DNA of 64,000 nt from Bacteroidales bacterium (GTDB lineage Bacteria > Bacteroidota > Bacteroidia > Bacteroidales > UBA932): NCBI GenBank assembly GCA_024398365.1, contig JAKSJG010000003.1, positions 20,960 to 84,959 of the forward strand, written 5' to 3'. Positions 58,930-64,000 of the stretch are shown one piece after another (within the stretch, counting starts at the first letter, position 1; every line of letters starts with the position of its first letter). The notes beneath the pieces were generated by a model. It saw nothing but the letters and a program-made list of their open reading frames with translations, was not told where the DNA came from and ran no database searches. A program made the position numbers and the translations under genes.

Positions 58930-60491
58930 AAAAGCTGACAATATTATGCGCCATCCTGCTGATGGCCTGCCTTCCCGCCAGCGCGCAGTTCCCGCAGGTG
59001 GAAGGCGATCCGATAGACTATTCACGCATCAGGTACCCGCATTATCCGGGTTCGTTCCCCGCTACCTTCATGATGGAGATCGTGATGTTCAGAGAGTCCG
59101 TGTTCGAGGATTATCCGGAGATGCTCAAGGGCAACAATACCGAGGTGATCATGTTCAACGGCGAGCTGATCAAGACCAAGGAAATCAATTACAAGATGCT
59201 TCAGAATGCCATCAACTGGGGTTTCAACGAATCTGGCATACGCGACCGCAGGCATCTCCAGCAGCTGATCGACCAGGTCAACGCAGTCATCAGGGATGAT
59301 GCCCGCGACCAGTTCTGGGAAAATATGCAGAACAATGCATCCAATACTTTAAGCAACGTCGCCGGCGACATCACAGGAACATCTCACGCAGGCAACGGCT
59401 TGATGGCCGCCAAATATGCCCACAAAATAGTTGACTTGGCTACCGGCCGCAATAATTTCTCCCAGGCTTTCCTCAATAGCGGAACCGCTTCCGATGCGGC
59501 TTCCATAGGTCTGCAGCTTGCCGGAGCGGCCGCTGAGACGGCGGAGGCCACTAACGGTCTGTTCTTCCTGTTCGATTTCTGGAAGACCTTCTTCGACGAA
59601 TACTATGAAGCCACCTCCGTGAAGCCGGCGCGTACTGCTGCCATGCTTGCAGCCAAGATGATAAACAAGTTCTACGACAGTGTGAACAAAAATCTCAGGG
59701 ACATTGCACAGAGTATTGACGGTGAGAAGTGGATGATTTATTTCAAGGGAAAGCAGTCCTGCCCTTTCGTTTATTATGATGAGAAATGCTCGATGTCCCT
59801 GTCCATGGTATGTTCGCTTGACAAGCTCTGGCCTGTCGATGATGACCGTCCTGATGCCGAACAAAGGTTTCACGACAGCTTCGAGGGCAGTTATTTCGGA
59901 TACATCGAGGCCGACCAGACCTGCGACATGCAGAACTTCGACAAAAATTACATAATAACGGACAAGGGTATGGTGACTGAGAACTCCAATATAAGCGACT
60001 TAGGGGCAATCAGCGCGGACAGTCCTCTTCACATGCGTCAGAACGCGAATATGTGGTATCAATTGGCAGTGAGGCACAATGCTGAAGGCGAAAGGGTGAC
60101 CTTCAAGCACGAGACCAAGGCCGGCACCGCTTTCTCGGCACATTACAGCATGCCGGTACTGCTGACCCTCAAGTCACCTTCCTCATATCAGAACAAGGCC
60201 TATACCACTTACTCCACTCTCGACGGCGAGGAGGAGATAGGTGGAGATTATCCGAAGATGGAGGTCACATACATGCGCCAGACATACGACCACATATTCA
60301 CCGTCAGTGACAAGACGATGAATATCAAGGAGGAGGAGACTATGAAGGATGGCAAGATGGTCATCTACTCCGGCGGCAAGGTGATAAAGGAGGATGAAGC
60401 CGAGGCCTGTCTTATCGGCCCTCCTCGTGGAACAATGTGCGTCAACCTTCAGCAATCCATCGCTGACGGTACGTTCAGCAAAACAAAATAG
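58926..60491 (+). CDS. Exported hypothetical protein (521 aa)
   Basis: The signal peptide is MKKLTILCAILLMACLPASAQ. It makes an ATGA overlap with the previous gene. No family is recognised. Confidence 0.7.
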   Translation: MKKLTILCAILLMACLPASAQFPQVEGDPIDYSRIRYPHYPGSFPATFMMEIVMFRESVFEDYPEMLKGNNTEVIMFNGELIKTKEINYKMLQNAINWGFNESGIRDRRHLQQLIDQVNAVIRDDARDQFWENMQNNASNTLSNVAGDITGTSHAGNGLMAAKYAHKIVDLATGRNNFSQAFLNSGTASDAASIGLQLAGAAAETAEATNGLFFLFDFWKTFFDEYYEATSVKPARTAAMLAAKMINKFYDSVNKNLRDIAQSIDGEKWMIYFKGKQSCPFVYYDEKCSMSLSMVCSLDKLWPVDDDRPDAEQRFHDSFEGSYFGYIEADQTCDMQNFDKNYIITDKGMVTENSNISDLGAISADSPLHMRQNANMWYQLAVRHNAEGERVTFKHETKAGTAFSAHYSMPVLLTLKSPSSYQNKAYTTYSTLDGEEEIGGDYPKMEVTYMRQTYDHIFTVSDKTMNIKEEETMKDGKMVIYSGGKVIKEDEAEACLIGPPRGTMCVNLQQSIADGTFSKTK

Positions 60492-60497
60492 AGAATT

Positions 60498-60944
60498 ATG
60501 ATACTCAAAAGATACGTTTCACTGGCACTTGTGTGCTTCGCTTATCTCTGCGGGACTGCCTGCAGTGCGGGCAAGACTCCAGCGCTCAACCCAATGGAGT
60601 CCATTGTCTGCCAGATGGGAAAGAACTGGTGCATAGTGCGTGACGATCAGACACGCCGCAACCCGTTCAGCCTGCGTGACCGCAAGACACTCGAACCGGC
60701 ATTTGACGCGAAGTTCGAGAAATATCTGGATACTTTTGAATTTGGCGGCAAGCCATTCATCGCCGCGGCAAACTGGAACCCGGCATTCGAATACCTCTGG
60801 AACGCCTGGATTTATGACGGGCATCAGTGGCTTCAGCTGATGCAGAAGCCTTGCGTCGAACTCAAGCTGATAGAGGAGGACGGCAAACCTGTCCGTCTGG
60901 AGGGTACGGACATTGACGGACAGCCGGTCAGCTGGATGCCTTAG
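60498..60944 (+). CDS. Small exported protein or lipoprotein (148 aa), unknown function
   Basis: The N-terminus MILKRYVSLALVCFAYLCGTACSAGK is a possible lipobox. It is the last gene of the plus-strand operon and is convergent with aroC. Confidence 0.6.
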   Translation: MILKRYVSLALVCFAYLCGTACSAGKTPALNPMESIVCQMGKNWCIVRDDQTRRNPFSLRDRKTLEPAFDAKFEKYLDTFEFGGKPFIAAANWNPAFEYLWNAWIYDGHQWLQLMQKPCVELKLIEEDGKPVRLEGTDIDGQPVSWMP

Positions 60945-61882
60945 AGTTCCGCCAGCACGCAGGCGGTGAGGGCCTCGACGACAGGCGGGACGCGCAGGGC
61001 GAAGCAGCAGTCGTGGCGGCCGGGGATTGAGAAGTCCGCCATTGCGCCTGCGGCGAAATCGTAGCTGCGCTGCGCTCTGGCTATGCTGGAGGTCGGCTTG
61101 ACCGCGATGCGGAACACTATAGGGTTGCCGTTGGTCAGGCCGCCGTTGATGCCTCCGCAGCCGTTCTTTGCGGTACGGCCGGTGGCGTCGATGATTGGGT
61201 CGTTGTGCTCTGAACCCTTCATTGCTGCTGCGGCGAAACCGTCGCCGAATTCTATGCCGCGCACGCCTGGTATGGAGAACATCGCATGCGATATGAGTGA
61301 TTCGACGGAGTCGAAGAACGGCTCTCCCAGACCCACCGGAATGCCGGTGCAGCGGCACTCGATGATGCCTCCCACCGAATCGCCTTCCTGAGCGGCCTGT
61401 TCGATGTCGCCGTGGCTGATGAGCTCAGCCTTGATCTCTATCGGCGCAATCATCTTCCTGGCAATGACTCCCGCGGCTACCAGCGGCAGGGTCATCCTGC
61501 CTGAGAAGAATCCGTCCAGCAGGGAGCCGTAGCGCGAGTATGCCACAAAGTCGGCGTGGCCGGGACGCGGCCTGTCGCGGAAGCTCTCATAGTCCTGCGG
61601 GCGTATGTTTTTGTTGGCAAAAGAGATGCGTATCTGTCCGCCGTCAGTGACCATGCTGCCGTCGTCACGGAGTGAGACGCCACCCTCGAACTGCGGTATG
61701 TCGTCCTCTATGCGCGGAGTCGTGCCGGGCGCTCCGCTCTTGCGGCGCAGGATATCGCGCATGAAGTCATCCGCCTCGAGGGTGATGCCCTGCGGCACGC
61801 CGTCTATTGCCACAGCTACGTTTTCAGCGTGCGACCCGCCGCTGAGTGTGATGCGGAATCTGTTTCCGAATGAATTGTTCAT
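60941..61882 (-). CDS. aroC: Chorismate synthase (short, divergent form)
   Basis: 313 aa. The N-terminus FGNRFRITLSGGSHAENVAVAIDGVPQG has GGSHAE where GESHG is usual. RPGHADF and PGRHDCCFALRVPPVVEALTACVLAEL match AroC motifs. The context (aroB, aroD-aroA) supports the call. Confidence 0.8.
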   Translation of the reverse strand: MNNSFGNRFRITLSGGSHAENVAVAIDGVPQGITLEADDFMRDILRRKSGAPGTTPRIEDDIPQFEGGVSLRDDGSMVTDGGQIRISFANKNIRPQDYESFRDRPRPGHADFVAYSRYGSLLDGFFSGRMTLPLVAAGVIARKMIAPIEIKAELISHGDIEQAAQEGDSVGGIIECRCTGIPVGLGEPFFDSVESLISHAMFSIPGVRGIEFGDGFAAAAMKGSEHNDPIIDATGRTAKNGCGGINGGLTNGNPIVFRIAVKPTSSIARAQRSYDFAAGAMADFSIPGRHDCCFALRVPPVVEALTACVLAEL

Positions 61883-63810
61883 CTCTTTTTCTTCAATTTG
61901 TCCAGAGTGTCCATGAAGCCCGGGAATGATTTGGCTATGCAGCCGATATCGTCTATCTCGACAGGATTCTCGCTTATGAGTGAGGCTATCTCGAGCGCCA
62001 TCGCGAGACGGTGGTCACCGTGGGAGGAGCATTTGCCGCCGCGAAGCATCAGATGCTCATTGCCTTCTATGTAGAGCGCTCCATCGACCACGAACATGTC
62101 GGCGCCGAGGGCGCGGAATTCCTTGACGAAGGTCCTGGCGCGGTTGCTTTCCTTGTTCTTGAGGCGGTCCAGTCCGTAGATGCAGCATTCGCCGCAGGCG
62201 CGGAGGCCGAGCAGCACCAGAGGCGCGAAGAGATCAGGTGCGTCGATCAGGTCAAAGGTGAACGGGCAGATGATGGACTTGCGCACGTTCACGTCACCCT
62301 TGTCGTTGTCAACAATGTCCACGTTGCACTGGTCTAGGAAGTCGTATATGGTCTCGTCCGCCTGGTCCGTGCCGAATTTGAGCCCGCGTATGGTGACGCT
62401 GCCCATCATGGCGCCGGCCACCAGGAAGAATGCGGCGGAGCTCCAGTCCTTCTCGAGCTTCATTCCGCCCACCGGCCTGATCTGCTGCATGCCGTCTATG
62501 ATGATGTCACATTCGTCATTCTCCGTAATGAAATCAGGAGTCACGGTATCCTTCAGCCCGAAATATGCGCCGACGGTGGATGTCATGCCTATATATGGGA
62601 CGCTGGTGGGATGGTCGACGTGCAGATGGCTCACTCTGTCGCACTGTGACAGGGCCAGGGTCAGTCCTGATATCATCTGTGAACCGTGTATGCCGTTGAG
62701 CCTGATGTTGCCGCCCTTGAGCTTTCCGCACACCTTGACCGGCAGGTAATCCCTGTCAGTGTATTCGATGTTGAGGCCGAGGCGCTTGAGAGCGCCCCTG
62801 TGCTCGCTGACCTTGCGCTCCAGCAGGGTCTTCTCGCCGGTGATGGTCACCGGTTCGCGGGAAAGGCCTGCAAGCGGGATGCAGAGACGCGCCATAAGGC
62901 CGGATTCGCCCACGAAAAGCGTGTTGTCCTTGACCCGGAGGCCATCCTTGCGTATGTTCTGGTGGCCGACTATGGTCACCGTGCCGTCCTCCACCGTCAC
63001 TTCCGCGTACAGGCTTTCGGCCACGCTGAGGGCCGCGCGGCTGTCGTCGCAGAATGAGAAATTGTAGAGCTTCGTCTGACCTTCGGTCAATGCGGCGAGC
63101 AGTATTGCCCGCTGAGCCATGCTCTTGGAGCAAGGTATCTCGGCTACGCCCTTGAGTATCTTGTTGCAGGGTTTGATGAAATCGTAGTAGCAGAACTGTC
63201 CCGGAGCGGTCTCATAGCCGCGGCGGGGCGACAGGTAGAAGAGTGGAGCGCCCTGATAATAGGATTCGAGCCGGGACTCGATGCCTTCCTTGCCCATGGC
63301 GAAGGCTATCAGGGTCTGTGGCTTGTATATCTTGTAGAGGGAGCATATTGTATCGTTGTCCTCATCGCAATGCGCCGTGGTGACTATCTTGACTATGTCC
63401 GCGCCTTCGCAGAATGCTGCGTCGGCCACGCTGCGGAGCTGTTCGGCCGCCGGCGTGTTGCTGTAATTGTGATAGGAGATGATGATGCGGCAGCCCTTGT
63501 TGAGCGCCAGGCTGATGAGCCACTGACGCGAGGCCTTGTCCAGGTCCAGGGAGATGTCCACGAAGTCCGCTCCCGCGAGAATGGCCGCCGAGAGCTGCCT
63601 GAGGGCGGTCTGCCTGTCATAGTCCTTGCCTATGTGCGCTGTCGCCACCAGATCCGAATCCCTGGTGGTGGAGAATATGTCCTTTATCTGCTCCTCGTCG
63701 AAATGGCACAGGTCCAGGCGTACTTCCACGGCGCTGCCGGGTCTGCGCTGCGCCATGAATTTGCAGTAGAAGCTTTCCACCTTACCCACGCTGTAGCATA
63801 TCAGTCCCAT
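61879..63810 (-). CDS. aroA: Fusion protein: type I 3-dehydroquinate dehydratase (AroD) N-terminal and EPSP synthase (AroA) C-terminal
   Basis: The N-terminal ~215 aa are AroD-like (VEVRLDL..., ISYHNYSNTP, ADIVKIVTTA). The remainder is AroA-like (IPCSKSMAQRAILLAALTEGQTKL, ...GDHRLAMALEIASL...). Confidence 0.85.
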   Translation of the reverse strand: MGLICYSVGKVESFYCKFMAQRRPGSAVEVRLDLCHFDEEQIKDIFSTTRDSDLVATAHIGKDYDRQTALRQLSAAILAGADFVDISLDLDKASRQWLISLALNKGCRIIISYHNYSNTPAAEQLRSVADAAFCEGADIVKIVTTAHCDEDNDTICSLYKIYKPQTLIAFAMGKEGIESRLESYYQGAPLFYLSPRRGYETAPGQFCYYDFIKPCNKILKGVAEIPCSKSMAQRAILLAALTEGQTKLYNFSFCDDSRAALSVAESLYAEVTVEDGTVTIVGHQNIRKDGLRVKDNTLFVGESGLMARLCIPLAGLSREPVTITGEKTLLERKVSEHRGALKRLGLNIEYTDRDYLPVKVCGKLKGGNIRLNGIHGSQMISGLTLALSQCDRVSHLHVDHPTSVPYIGMTSTVGAYFGLKDTVTPDFITENDECDIIIDGMQQIRPVGGMKLEKDWSSAAFFLVAGAMMGSVTIRGLKFGTDQADETIYDFLDQCNVDIVDNDKGDVNVRKSIICPFTFDLIDAPDLFAPLVLLGLRACGECCIYGLDRLKNKESNRARTFVKEFRALGADMFVVDGALYIEGNEHLMLRGGKCSSHGDHRLAMALEIASLISENPVEIDDIGCIAKSFPGFMDTLDKLKKKR

Positions 63811-64000
63811 GCCTTTCCTCCGATGATATCTTTCATTTCTTCAGGATTCATGACCTTGATTACCGCCGAGCTGTCTGTCGGCAGCACGAAGCGCACGGCC
63901 TCGCCGCTCTTTTTCTTGTCATTCCTCATCGCTTCGATGAGTTCGTCCGGGGCTATGTCTGTGCCGGTCGGCAGGCCGAGGGCCTGGAAATCCCTTCTGA
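63801..64000 (-). CDS. aroB: 3-dehydroquinate synthase, C-terminal end (5' part outside the window)
   Basis: Manual minus-strand translation gives ...RRDFQALGLPTGTDIAPDELIEAMRNDKKKSGEAVRFVLPTDSSAVIKVMNPEEMKDIIGGKAWD*. The M..DKK..G..RFVL pattern is the AroB C-terminus. The stop overlaps the next start. Confidence 0.7.
   Translation of the reverse strand, partial: RRDFQALGLPTGTDIAPDELIEAMRNDKKKSGEAVRFVLPTDSSAVIKVMNPEEMKDIIGGKAWD

Noticed and set aside
60519-61358. A 279-aa minus-strand ORF.
   Set aside because: It crosses the boundary of two convergent, well-supported genes (the 148-aa lipoprotein gene and aroC). The product is extremely Arg-rich.

Overview
This is a Bacteroidota (Bacteroidales-like) chromosomal segment of roughly 55-60% GC. 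The phylum call rests on a SusC/SusD pair, a BACON-like domain, many lipoprotein signal peptides and TAnnTTTG -7 promoter boxes. About 50 genes are supportable. Housekeeping blocks: a PspC-domain gene, secG/lptE-like/sigma-54 activator, a tripartite RND efflux operon, nrdDG, a GDP-heptose pathway and an aroB/aroD-aroA/aroC operon. Accessory blocks: (1) a SusC/SusD locus whose cargo is peptidases rather than CAZymes; (2) a ~3.1 kb decayed islet at tRNA-Leu(CAA), bounded by a 13-bp direct repeat, holding an IS21 IstB remnant fused to a lepA 3' fragment and a cobalamin riboswitch with a DUF4465-like lipoprotein; (3) a tightly coupled operon DUF47-PiT-HPrK-like kinase-soluble ER-type S26-like peptidase-PqqD-ABC exporter, which looks like a RiPP-type maturation module with no visible precursor or cyclase; (4) a ~2 kb GC-rich non-coding region of nested repeats (94-bp, 85-bp, 72-bp periodic and 116-bp tandem units) with an orphan intrinsic terminator; (5) three paralogous lipoproteins with an intact GATase1-type Cys/His-Pro-Glu motif plus a PPC domain, two of them tandem, carrying a BspA-like LRR tail and followed directly by the GDP-heptose genes; (6) two LuxR-type regulators beside a seven-gene operon of exported proteins (OmpA-like, SLT-like, TPR-like and uncharacterised). 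I consider blocks 3, 4 and 6 the best candidates for undescribed biology. All family calls are by eye from motifs; no database search was run.
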